Below, one piece after another: positions 18,630-26,201 of a stretch of DNA of 56,239 nucleotides (position 1 is the first letter of the stretch; the number at the start of each line of letters is the position of its first letter). A model generated the notes under the pieces. The model searched no databases. It was not told the DNA's origin and saw nothing but the letters and a program-made list of their open reading frames with translations. The DNA is taken from the IMG/VR virus record IMGVR_UViG_3300044711_000029, positions 1-56,239 of that record; one strand, given 5' to 3'. This DNA comes from a virus. Its lineage: Duplodnaviria; Caudoviricetes. Position numbers and translations under genes: made by a program.

Positions 18630-18967
18630 TGGCCGTTAATCAGCCGCGTGGATTCACGTTCGGTGAGCAGAAGGCCCACGTTCTTTCCCGTCTGGCCGAT
18701 AGGGAGGGCTTGGAATCCCGGACTCCCAGGACGGGAGTAAGGTACGCGAGGCCGTTGCCTCAGCGAGATCATACCTACATTTGCAAGCCGGACAGCGATA
18801 TTGCAAAGGGCGCATCCGGTACAGTTACTATCTATGTGAATGAGCAAAGCATCGACGAGCAGGTGACGGCAAAGGCATTAGGCGCTGCTGTGACTGCCGC
18901 GAAATGGTGCTTGGTATGGCAAGAGCCAGGCAGCGGAAACCAGTACGTCTGGCCTTGGGAATGCTAA
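18629..18967 (+). CDS. tail-tip protein (C-terminal EC)
   Basis: Coupled ORF with I.KG.SGTV.I motif. Confidence 0.6.
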   Translation: MAVNQPRGFTFGEQKAHVLSRLADREGLESRTPRTGVRYARPLPQRDHTYICKPDSDIAKGASGTVTIYVNEQSIDEQVTAKALGAAVTAAKWCLVWQEPGSGNQYVWPWEC

Positions 18968-18968
18968 C

Positions 18969-19991
18969 GTGCCTGGAAAACCTAATACATGCTCGCCATG
19001 CTGCGATTCCTGCACCATCTTCTCCGATACCTTTGCGTCCGACGACCTCTCCGCCAACTGGACCAACGTATCAGGCACGTTTGCCATCGCCAGCGGGACG
19101 CTCAATTGCACGAGTGCATCTGCTGCTGAAGTGACGAACGCGGCGAGCGGAGCAGGGGCTACAGGGATATACGTGTCGGCGGATATTACATGTGCTACTA
19201 CTTCCGACAAGGGCCGGCTCATAACGGCCTACACGGACTCGAATAATTATTGGTTCTGCGAGGTTCAGCCGGGGGCGACGAATGGAACATTAAAGCTGTT
19301 TCAGCGCAGCGCTGGCGTCGATACCCAGCGAGGATCAACGCAGACGCTAACGGGGTTTCACGCAACTGACGTTATCCACGTCTTCCTCTGTGTCGGTGGC
19401 GGCTTTGTGCGGGTGATGGCCTACGAAACCACCAGCGCAATGTTTTTCATTTCATTTTCATCCTCGCCGACTATTACGAGTAAGCAAGCTGGCTGCGGAA
19501 CTGGGTCCGGTAGCTCAGATGTAAAATTTGATAACTTCTTATTCAGCAAGAGCGGTTTCGAGGACAGCCATTGCCACGACTGCTTTCCGTGCTGCAATCT
19601 ATCGGCCCCTGTCAGCCTGCAAGTCGTCATTGCTGGGATTAGCAACGAATCCTCCAGCGATTGCGCCTCAGCTAACGGAACCTGGACGCTGCCGTTTATA
19701 GAATACTTCAACAATATCTGCGAATGGCGGCTTCAACTTCCCGTGACGTGCGGCGATGGTTATTTCCTTCGCGTGTTCAAGGGCGACATCGGAGCTGGCG
19801 GCGGCATGACGGTTGTGCTGGCTCGGTTCTTCTCCATTACCGGCACGTACCAAACGCAAATTTCATGGAACTCCTCTGGCCACTCTGACGATTGCAGCAC
19901 CTGGGTAGCTGAGTCAATCCCTTGGGCCTTGGACTTTGGCAGCGACTGCTGCACTTCGGATCATACCGCGGCTCTCGTGACTTCATTATGA
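18969..19991 (+). CDS. Cys-rich tail-tip/receptor-binding protein with lectin-like beta-sandwich
   Basis: CC pairs at N-terminus, middle and C-terminus; D.F..W and V.FDNF motifs of concanavalin-like folds. Confidence 0.6.
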   Translation: MPGKPNTCSPCCDSCTIFSDTFASDDLSANWTNVSGTFAIASGTLNCTSASAAEVTNAASGAGATGIYVSADITCATTSDKGRLITAYTDSNNYWFCEVQPGATNGTLKLFQRSAGVDTQRGSTQTLTGFHATDVIHVFLCVGGGFVRVMAYETTSAMFFISFSSSPTITSKQAGCGTGSGSSDVKFDNFLFSKSGFEDSHCHDCFPCCNLSAPVSLQVVIAGISNESSSDCASANGTWTLPFIEYFNNICEWRLQLPVTCGDGYFLRVFKGDIGAGGGMTVVLARFFSITGTYQTQISWNSSGHSDDCSTWVAESIPWALDFGSDCCTSDHTAALVTSL

Positions 19992-20344
19992 ACTGGTGCA
20001 AGTTTACCTACGGGGAGGGCGTTAATAAGCTGGGCTGGCCCAAGGTAGTCTGCACGCGCTGCGGCCACGAACAGTTTGCGCCAGACCCGCCTGAACGCTG
20101 CGGCAGAATGTGCGACGTGCCGGAAGGCGGCGTTGTTCGCAATGGCCCATGCCTCCACCTCGGCCCCGAAGTCCGGCAGCAGGAGTGCCAGGAGTGCCGC
20201 GGAAAGGTGCGGATGAAAATCTATGCCTGCGAGGTGTTTGGTGAATGTAGCTTGGGCAAGCCGCTGGCGGGGGTGCAATACTGCGTGGGCTGTCCGCGAT
20301 ACGAGGCTATCCCGCGGGCGGAAGCGGCGGCGTCAGACGAGTGA
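19988..20344 (+). CDS. Cys-rich small tail-associated protein
   Basis: About 12 Cys including CxxC pairs; C.HLG...C..C.G.V...AC..FG.C. Confidence 0.65.
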   Translation: MNWCKFTYGEGVNKLGWPKVVCTRCGHEQFAPDPPERCGRMCDVPEGGVVRNGPCLHLGPEVRQQECQECRGKVRMKIYACEVFGECSLGKPLAGVQYCVGCPRYEAIPRAEAAASDE

Positions 20345-20516
20345 AGCCGCACGCTCCTTCGGGCGATGGCGGGACGCCTCCCATGCGGTGAGCGGCAGCA
20401 AGGTCCCCTGGCGTGAGCGTGCAAACGTAGTCAGGTCCGAGGCCGCTGATTGTGACTTCGTAGCTGGTTGGCTCAAGCGGCTGGCAGCAATCGGCAGTTT
20501 TCGTCCATCCCCCCAT
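20307..20516 (-). CDS. short ORF or gene fragment similar to the C-terminal domain of the 18969-19991 tail protein
   Basis: CCQPLEPTSYEVTISGL aligns ungapped with CCNLSAPVSLQVVIAGI. Confidence 0.4.
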   Translation of the reverse strand: MGGWTKTADCCQPLEPTSYEVTISGLGPDYVCTLTPGDLAAAHRMGGVPPSPEGACGFTRLTPPLPPAG

Positions 20517-20547
20517 CGTACCCGCGCGGCGGGCGGGAGGCTACATC

Positions 20548-20563
20548 ACCCCTACCCCGGCAG
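20548..20563. repeat. 16-bp direct repeat, copy 1 (ACCCCTACCCCGGCAG)
   Basis: Identical to 21464-21479. Confidence 0.9.
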
Positions 20564-20630
20564 GCTAATTCGGCGGCACCGGCCCATTCTAGACGACTTG
20601 TCTTTTGTGCCGGATTTCCTCTCAATACCC

Positions 20631-20658
20631 TTGACGGCAATCCGAATACGGATATAGT
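20631..20658 (+). promoter_or_regulatory. sigma70-like promoter with palindromic operator
   Basis: TTGACG-16nt-TATAGT; ATCCG-AATA-CGGAT palindrome at 20640-20653. Confidence 0.7.
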
Positions 20659-20729
20659 TAGAGACATGGCAAGCGAGTGACTTGCACCGGCCCACGCGGA
20701 TCAGTGGGAGAGAAAAAAGGGGACTGAAA

Positions 20730-20951
20730 ATGACGACGACAAGCAAAACCAGACTCGACCGGCTGTATGAAATCGTGGATCAGGTCCAGTACGACAAGAG
20801 CGGCGGCCAAGGGCACTGCTGGGTCAACGCGACCGAGGATAACCTGCCAGCCGACGTGCAGGAGGAAATTGCCGCCGAGATCATCGACGGCCGTCACGGA
20901 TCGGTCAGCGACTACACCGCCAGCAACGGTCAGCACTACCGCTGGATGTAG
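20730..20951 (+). CDS. small acidic early protein
   Basis: AAGGGG RBS, first ORF after the 20631 promoter. Confidence 0.7.
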   Translation: MTTTSKTRLDRLYEIVDQVQYDKSGGQGHCWVNATEDNLPADVQEEIAAEIIDGRHGSVSDYTASNGQHYRWM

Positions 20952-20964
20952 TTGAGTCACCCTT

Positions 20965-21002
20965 GCCCCGGTCAGCGCCCTTGGCTGGCCGGGGCCTCTT
21001 TT
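20965..21002 (+). terminator. intrinsic terminator
   Basis: GCCCCGGTCAGC/GCTGGCCGGGGC stem followed by CTCTTTT. Confidence 0.7.
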
Positions 21003-21019
21003 GCACACGGAGAAATAAC

Positions 21020-21265
21020 ATGATCGAGCGCCCGAACAAGCTGATGGCCATGTCTCAATCACCGTCCGGCCGAGTGCTGGTTACCGCCCCAAATCTGACC
21101 AGGGAGGTTGGTGGCGACGATCCTAGCGTCTGGCAAATGTGCAGCGACTCCGTGGCCACCGAGATAGTACCAATGACCGAAGCAGCGTTCGCTGATTTCA
21201 TCTCTCGACATGGCGGCAAACCAATTTATCCGACACTCGCTGCCTATCCTGCACCACGCGGTTAA
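21020..21265 (+). CDS. hypothetical protein
   Basis: GGAG RBS, ATG 21020. Confidence 0.6.
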   Translation: MIERPNKLMAMSQSPSGRVLVTAPNLTREVGGDDPSVWQMCSDSVATEIVPMTEAAFADFISRHGGKPIYPTLAAYPAPRG

Positions 21266-21267
21266 TC

Positions 21268-21459
21268 ATGGACCTCGCCACCACCATCCGCCGTGCGATC
21301 CAATCCAGCGGTCTAACGCAGGCCCAACTCGCCGACAAGTCCGGCGTCGGCCAAGCAAAGATCAGCGAGTTTCTAGCCGGTGCTGACATGCGGCTCGGAA
21401 ATGCCGGCAAGCTCGCGGCGGCGCTGAAGCTCGAACTGCGCGGGAAGCGAAAACGCTAA
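21268..21459 (+). CDS. XRE-family HTH transcriptional regulator
   Basis: GLTQAQLADKSGVGQAKISEFLAG. Confidence 0.9.
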   Translation: MDLATTIRRAIQSSGLTQAQLADKSGVGQAKISEFLAGADMRLGNAGKLAAALKLELRGKRKR

Positions 21460-21463
21460 GGCT

Positions 21464-21479
21464 ACCCCTACCCCGGCAG
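21464..21479. repeat. 16-bp direct repeat, copy 2; contains the integrase stop codon
   Basis: Identical to 20548-20563. Confidence 0.9.
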
Positions 21480-22352
21480 ACGCCACGGGATGAATAGGGT
21501 CGGGTTGTCGCGCTGGGTGAACCGTTTGTCCTCGTAGCTCCGCTCGCTCGTCTCGCTGCTGCTGTGGCCTAAGAGCGGCGAATGCTGGCCAGTCATCCGC
21601 TTGTAATGCGTGTTGTGCGTTACCCTCAGCGAATGCGTTTTATGCTTGCGGTCCACCGGCAAGCCGGCATCTTTGAGAATTCGGTTCAGCAGCGTGTAGT
21701 AGCTCTCCTCGCACTTATCCCACGGCCAGAGGTGGACGCGGCGGGGGTTGGCGGCGATGCAATCGCGCAGCAGCGGCACGGTCTCAGGCCAGAGCGGATA
21801 GCAGGCGCCCTTGATGCCGCCTTTGCGGACGGCTGGCGGTATCATGCAAATCCGCGCGTCTAAATCCACCCAGGCGATTTCAACGGCCAAGGCTGCGGAC
21901 TTCCTCTCCGACGTGTTGAACACAAACGCGAAGAATGAACTGCACCAAATGTCCGCCGGGATGCCTGCAATCAATCCCCGCTCTTTGAAGCACGAGCGGA
22001 AGAATCGTTGCAACTCCTCTTCCGAGAATGCCAGCGGCATCGACTCAGGCACTCGCGGCTTGGTGAACGTCGGGAACTTATCGACAATCCGCCGCTTGGC
22101 GAGCCACGTCCAAAGGCTTTGAATTCTCCCCGCCCGTTCTTTCACGGTGATGGCGGCAAGCCCGTCATCTAACCGCCTGGACATCCAGCAGGTTATCGAA
22201 TCGTCGCCCAGGTCATCGGTCGTTGGGTCACGGCCAAGGAACCGGCCGTAATCCCGCAGAGCAATAGAGTATTGATAACGTGTTGGCTCGTGAATTCTGA
22301 GATTCAGCGGCCAGTAGAGCCGCTCGCAAAGCGAGAGCAGGGTTTCGGACAT
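21468..22352 (-). CDS. int: tyrosine recombinase / phage integrase (short, XerC-like architecture)
   Basis: Catalytic residues R (TSERKS), K (RKGG), HSLR, LGH and Y (ERSY); SAM-like N-domain. Confidence 0.85.
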   Translation of the reverse strand: MSETLLSLCERLYWPLNLRIHEPTRYQYSIALRDYGRFLGRDPTTDDLGDDSITCWMSRRLDDGLAAITVKERAGRIQSLWTWLAKRRIVDKFPTFTKPRVPESMPLAFSEEELQRFFRSCFKERGLIAGIPADIWCSSFFAFVFNTSERKSAALAVEIAWVDLDARICMIPPAVRKGGIKGACYPLWPETVPLLRDCIAANPRRVHLWPWDKCEESYYTLLNRILKDAGLPVDRKHKTHSLRVTHNTHYKRMTGQHSPLLGHSSSETSERSYEDKRFTQRDNPTLFIPWRLPG

Positions 22353-22726
22353 GGAAGGCTTCTCTGTTCGTGTGCATCGTGGTACTCCTCAAGCTGCCCG
22401 CCATTCGTGGCGGTATCCATGTCCTAACGTCGTCAACTGACTGGCGGGTCAGTTCAGCCTAACAGCCTCGTTATCGGCGGTTGTAATACGGAGTGCGCAT
22501 CACGCCCGGAATGCCTAGCAATGGCGGAACCTGCGGAAGAGTTACCGCCGGCAGCAACCCCGCTAAAGGCGGACTGTTCTCAGCCGCACAGAATTGTTGA
22601 TTCAGTCCCGCGTTCGGTAGTTCAGGATTCACGGTAATTAGCGGAGTTGGAAAACGCAAATTGAAACACGCGGCGGGCTGGTTGGGTGCAACGCAGTCGC
22701 ATCCTCTTCGACCCGGCCCGCCGCCT

Positions 22727-22756
22727 TTGACATTACAGCAGCAGTTGCTAAACTGC
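22727..22756 (+). promoter_or_regulatory. promoter of XRE gene with overlapping palindrome
   Basis: TTGACA-16nt-TAAACT with extended -10 TG; GCAGTT-N4-AACTGC at 22741-22756. Confidence 0.7.
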
Positions 22757-22761
22757 AAGGC

Positions 22762-23007
22762 ATGGTAGCAATGTCCGCTAGATTGGCGAACGCCTTTCGT
22801 CGCAACGTCCGCGAGCGAATGCAGCAGCTTGAACTGAGCCAGGATGAGCTTGCCGACAGGCTGAAATGCGGAAAATCTTTCGTCTCGCAAATGCTGAATG
22901 GACACCGCCGTCCAGGGCTAGAAAGCCTAGAAACATTCGCGATTGCGCTGGGGCTCGCCGAACCGGCTGATCTGCTCCGCGAAAAGAAGTTGGCGAAATC
23001 TGCCTAA
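22762..23007 (+). CDS. XRE-family HTH regulator (repressor or Cro-like)
   Basis: LSQDELADRLKCGKSFVSQMLNGHRRPGLESL...IA.ALG. Confidence 0.9.
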   Translation: MVAMSARLANAFRRNVRERMQQLELSQDELADRLKCGKSFVSQMLNGHRRPGLESLETFAIALGLAEPADLLREKKLAKSA

Positions 23008-23013
23008 CTGGTA

Positions 23014-23041
23014 TTGACGGCAGTTTCGCACTTGCTAAACT
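23014..23041 (+). promoter_or_regulatory. early promoter
   Basis: TTGACG-16nt-TAAACT with the same TTGCTAAACT extended -10 as the 22727 promoter. Confidence 0.7.
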
Positions 23042-23166
23042 TTCCGACGTTGCTTAGGTGTCGAAGCCGAGGCAACGCGAAGTAAAGACTGCGGCTCTTT
23101 CGGCTCTCTGCCGAACCTGTCCGCGAAATCACACGGACGACCCGCAAAGCGGGTTAAGGAATCCAA

Positions 23167-24144
23167 GTGTCGGTAGCTGCATCGCTACCCTCGACAAACG
23201 GCAACGCGCGACCACCGATCCGACCTGAGTCTGCGACATGGATTTACTTTCTGAATTACGACAACGAGCGGTTCGTGATGGTAGGCCAGTCCCGCCAGCC
23301 GCGAGGAAAGAGGATGCAACAGCACGCCAAGGGCGAAGTCGGACGCGAAGTGCCGGTCGACCTGCTCTGCGAAGTGCGCGGCAAGGTGGCGGACGAGACG
23401 TTCATCAAGAAACACTTTCGCGGCATCGCCATTCCAGGCGAGGACGAAGTGTTCTGGCCAAAGGCGGAAATTACCGATTACGTGCGGTGGCTTAGAGATC
23501 AGTGGTTTGTCGCGGTGGCGGAAACATCGGACGCAGAACGAGAGAACTTGCCAGTGGTTGACGCAACGACATGGCTCCCGAATAGCACGCGGACAAAGCC
23601 GCGTCCGCAGCATTTGCTGCCGGGCATGTCCGGGGCGTTCGACATGGGGCAGCGTGAAATCACTGGCGACGATTTTTACACGAACGAAATCATTATCGAC
23701 GCAGCCCGCACGCTCATGGGCGGCATCGACCTAGACCCGGCATCACACGCGATTGCCAATCGTGTTGTTCGGGCTACAAGGTTTTTCACGGTCTCCGATG
23801 ACGGCCTCTTGCAGCGATGGTCGGGCCGCGTGTGGCTGAATCCGCCATTTAGTCATTGGGACGAATGGGTCGTGAAGGTTCTATCCGAGTGGCGGGCGGG
23901 TGGCATTCAGGAAATGTGCGTTCTGTCCGCAATGCGGACGCTTACGGCTCGCTACTTCGCGCCGCTCCTGGGTGAGTGCGATGGCGTGTGCATCATTCAC
24001 GGCCGAATCAAATTCTGGGGTGGTGTTGCTGGAGATTCTCCAGACGACGGACACGCCATTTTTTACTTCGGAAGTCGTCGCGCTGAATTTCGAGAGTCGT
24101 TTTCGCAGCTTGGAACGGTGTTCAATTCCTCGCGGGAGTCATAG
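23167..24144 (+). CDS. dam: phage DNA N6-adenine methyltransferase (Dam, PF05869-like) with GIY-YIG/T5orf172-like N-terminal domain
   Basis: DDFYT, IDLDPAS, VWLNPPF, GRIKF motifs; N-terminal WIYF...VG.S...R...H...E. Confidence 0.85.
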   Translation: MSVAASLPSTNGNARPPIRPESATWIYFLNYDNERFVMVGQSRQPRGKRMQQHAKGEVGREVPVDLLCEVRGKVADETFIKKHFRGIAIPGEDEVFWPKAEITDYVRWLRDQWFVAVAETSDAERENLPVVDATTWLPNSTRTKPRPQHLLPGMSGAFDMGQREITGDDFYTNEIIIDAARTLMGGIDLDPASHAIANRVVRATRFFTVSDDGLLQRWSGRVWLNPPFSHWDEWVVKVLSEWRAGGIQEMCVLSAMRTLTARYFAPLLGECDGVCIIHGRIKFWGGVAGDSPDDGHAIFYFGSRRAEFRESFSQLGTVFNSSRES

Positions 24145-24146
24145 CC

Positions 24147-24455
24147 GTGCAAATGGCGTTGTTTGAGTTACCGATGGTGGCCCCCGCCCAGCGTCACAGC
24201 CCCACCTCCATCGCAGCCGCCGAGGCCATGGCGCCCGTCCTCGTCAAGCGGCAACAGGAAGTGCTCGACCTGCTGCGGCGTTTGGGGCCATCCAGCGATA
24301 ACGAAATCATCGCGGCCTGGGTAGCGGCGGGCGGGAACTGCAATACACCGAGGCCGAGAAGGCTGGAACTTTTGCGGATGGGCCTGGTCAAGTCTGCCGG
24401 CTTCACGCGGCACGGGAGTGAGGTTTGGGTCGCTAATTCAGAGGTGCCGCAATGA
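24147..24455 (+). CDS. winged-helix DNA-binding protein (putative)
   Basis: TS.AAA...Q..VL..L...G..D.EI...PRR.EL...GLV pattern. Confidence 0.65.
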   Translation: MQMALFELPMVAPAQRHSPTSIAAAEAMAPVLVKRQQEVLDLLRRLGPSSDNEIIAAWVAAGGNCNTPRPRRLELLRMGLVKSAGFTRHGSEVWVANSEVPQ

Positions 24456-25609
24456 ATAAGAAAATCGAACGACTAACAGCGGAGCAAGAAGCCTACCTGC
24501 CGCGGTTCCGAGAGCAGTGGCTGGATCGTGGCGTGGCGACTGGACCGTGCGATCGCGACAGGACCGAGACCGCGGTAAAAAAGCTGTATGCGGCCAAGAA
24601 CATTCCGGCTCCGAAAATAGTGATCTGGATGGACTCGCCTCTCGGCGGGTGCTTCGCGGCTGGCGTGCTGAAGCAGTTGCCGGCAGCGAAGGACCAGCTT
24701 CGGGACCAGCTTCAGGGCCAGCTTGGGGACCAGCTTCGGGGCCAGCTTCAGGGCCAGCTTGGGGGCCAGCTTTGGGGCCAGCTTCGGGACCAGCTTTGGG
24801 GCCAGCTTTGGGGCCAGCTTCGGGGCCAGCTTCGGGACCAGCTTTGGGGCCAGCTTCGGGGCCAGCTTCGGGACCAGCTTCGGGACCAGCTTTTGGGCCA
24901 GCTTCTGGTCCAGCTTGTGGGCCAGCTTTGGGGCCAGCTTCGGGACCAGCTTTGGGGCCAGCTTTGGGGCCAGCTTCGGGGCCAGCTTCGGGACCAGCTA
25001 AATCAATGCGGCTTCGGTCAACACGACGCTTCCTGGGTCGCGTGGCTGCGCTTTGGTCAGCATATCGGCGCGTCGCTAACGCCTGCCTATGCCATGGACG
25101 GTTTTGACGGTTTGTCGGATGCGGGATGGTGGTGGCCATTCGGCGGTGTTGTGGTGTTTACCGATCGTCCGGCGAGGCTCGTGCGTGACGAGCGCGGCCG
25201 AATGAGCAGCGAAGATGGACCGGCGATTCGATATCAGGACGGATGGCAGCTCTGGTATCTGCGCGGCGTGGCCGTTGATGAGCAGATCGTGATGCGGCCA
25301 GAGACGCAGACCATCCAGCAAATCCGCGGCGAGAAAAACGAGGAAGTCAAGCGGCTGCGAATCGAACGATGGGGCTGGCCACAATATCTCACTGGCATCA
25401 ACGCCAAGCGGATTCATGCCCGTCGGAACGACATCGAAGGCACGCGCGAATCTCTGTATCGCGCCGATGGGCATTGCGTGCTTGTCTGTGCCTGCCCCAG
25501 TACGGCGAAAGTCTTTGCCCTTGAAGTTCCCGCGAACGTCGAAACGTGCGACGGCGCGCAAAGCTATCTGTCGAGTGGTTTGAATTCCAGGATTATCAGC
25601 GCCGCCTAG
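24452..25609 (+). CDS. DUF6745-like protein with tetrapeptide repeat tract
   Basis: I..LT.EQ...W, DSP, GQHDA.W, GWWWP...DRP...D..GR....GPA..Y.DGW motifs. Confidence 0.8.
   Translation: MNKKIERLTAEQEAYLPRFREQWLDRGVATGPCDRDRTETAVKKLYAAKNIPAPKIVIWMDSPLGGCFAAGVLKQLPAAKDQLRDQLQGQLGDQLRGQLQGQLGGQLWGQLRDQLWGQLWGQLRGQLRDQLWGQLRGQLRDQLRDQLLGQLLVQLVGQLWGQLRDQLWGQLWGQLRGQLRDQLNQCGFGQHDASWVAWLRFGQHIGASLTPAYAMDGFDGLSDAGWWWPFGGVVVFTDRPARLVRDERGRMSSEDGPAIRYQDGWQLWYLRGVAVDEQIVMRPETQTIQQIRGEKNEEVKRLRIERWGWPQYLTGINAKRIHARRNDIEGTRESLYRADGHCVLVCACPSTAKVFALEVPANVETCDGAQSYLSSGLNSRIISAA
24692..25003. repeat. 26 x 12-bp tandem repeat G(A/G/T)CCAGCTTNNG encoding (D/G)QLx
   Basis: Directly visible; last unit degenerate. 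Confidence 0.97.
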
Positions 25610-25625
25610 CGGCAAAGGAGTTGCG

Positions 25626-26078
25626 ATGGCTGTCCAGAGTGTTAGCAAGCAAATCGCCGCGGTGGCGAAGTCGGCCGAGAAGATGCACGCGGCAGAGCCG
25701 GCCAAAGTCGGAACCGCATCCGTCGGAGATGTGGTTCGCCAAGGCGATTTGTATTTAGTCTGCCTGGAGTCGTTGCCGGCAGGAACAAAAACGCGGCGGC
25801 AGCTTGCACCGGGTGATACCCAAGGCTCTCGGCACATTGCGGAAGGCGAGTGCGCGGTCTATCAGCCGAAAGAACCGGCTGCCGTGGCTCAACTGATTGC
25901 GACTGTCTGCCGCGGCGCAAACGTACCGCAAGAGTTGGTTGGCCCGCTGGTTGAATGCCACGGCGATACCACGATTGCGCACCCGGAGCACGGCCATCGC
26001 ATTCTGCCGGCGGGAAGCGTGTGGGCTGTTGTGTATCAACGGGCGTTCGCAGAGGAGGTCCGCCGCGTACAGGACTAG
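25626..26078 (+). CDS. RQGD/HPEH-motif protein, partner of the DUF6745-like gene
   Basis: VRQGDLYL, G...G..H, HPEH....P.G....V.QR; AAGGAG RBS. Confidence 0.75.
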   Translation: MAVQSVSKQIAAVAKSAEKMHAAEPAKVGTASVGDVVRQGDLYLVCLESLPAGTKTRRQLAPGDTQGSRHIAEGECAVYQPKEPAAVAQLIATVCRGANVPQELVGPLVECHGDTTIAHPEHGHRILPAGSVWAVVYQRAFAEEVRRVQD

Positions 26079-26082
26079 ACAC

Positions 26083-26181
26083 ATGACCCCCTCCACCCGC
26101 CTCAACGTCCTCGCCATCCGTGCCGTGATGCTGCTCTGCCTAGCCTTGTCGCTGGCCGTGATTCTGGGGAGGAAAAGGTAA
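26083..26181 (+). CDS. small membrane peptide
   Basis: 32 aa with hydrophobic core; AGGA RBS. Confidence 0.45.
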   Translation: MTPSTRLNVLAIRAVMLLCLALSLAVILGRKR

Positions 26182-26201
26182 TGACAACCGGAGTTTTACA
26201 A

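Noticed and set aside
21468-22352. Classical integron (IntI plus attC array)
   Set aside because: No shared attC-like palindromes; boundary repeats differ for every cassette and the recombinase shows no evident IntI-specific insertion
22471-22905. Leftward repressor gene
   Set aside because: Overlaps the XRE gene and its promoter, has no HTH and no convincing start or RBS
24692-25003. CRISPR array
   Set aside because: Units are contiguous 12-mers with no unique spacers and lie in frame in a CDS; no cas operon (the Cas4-like nuclease is a stand-alone recombination exonuclease)
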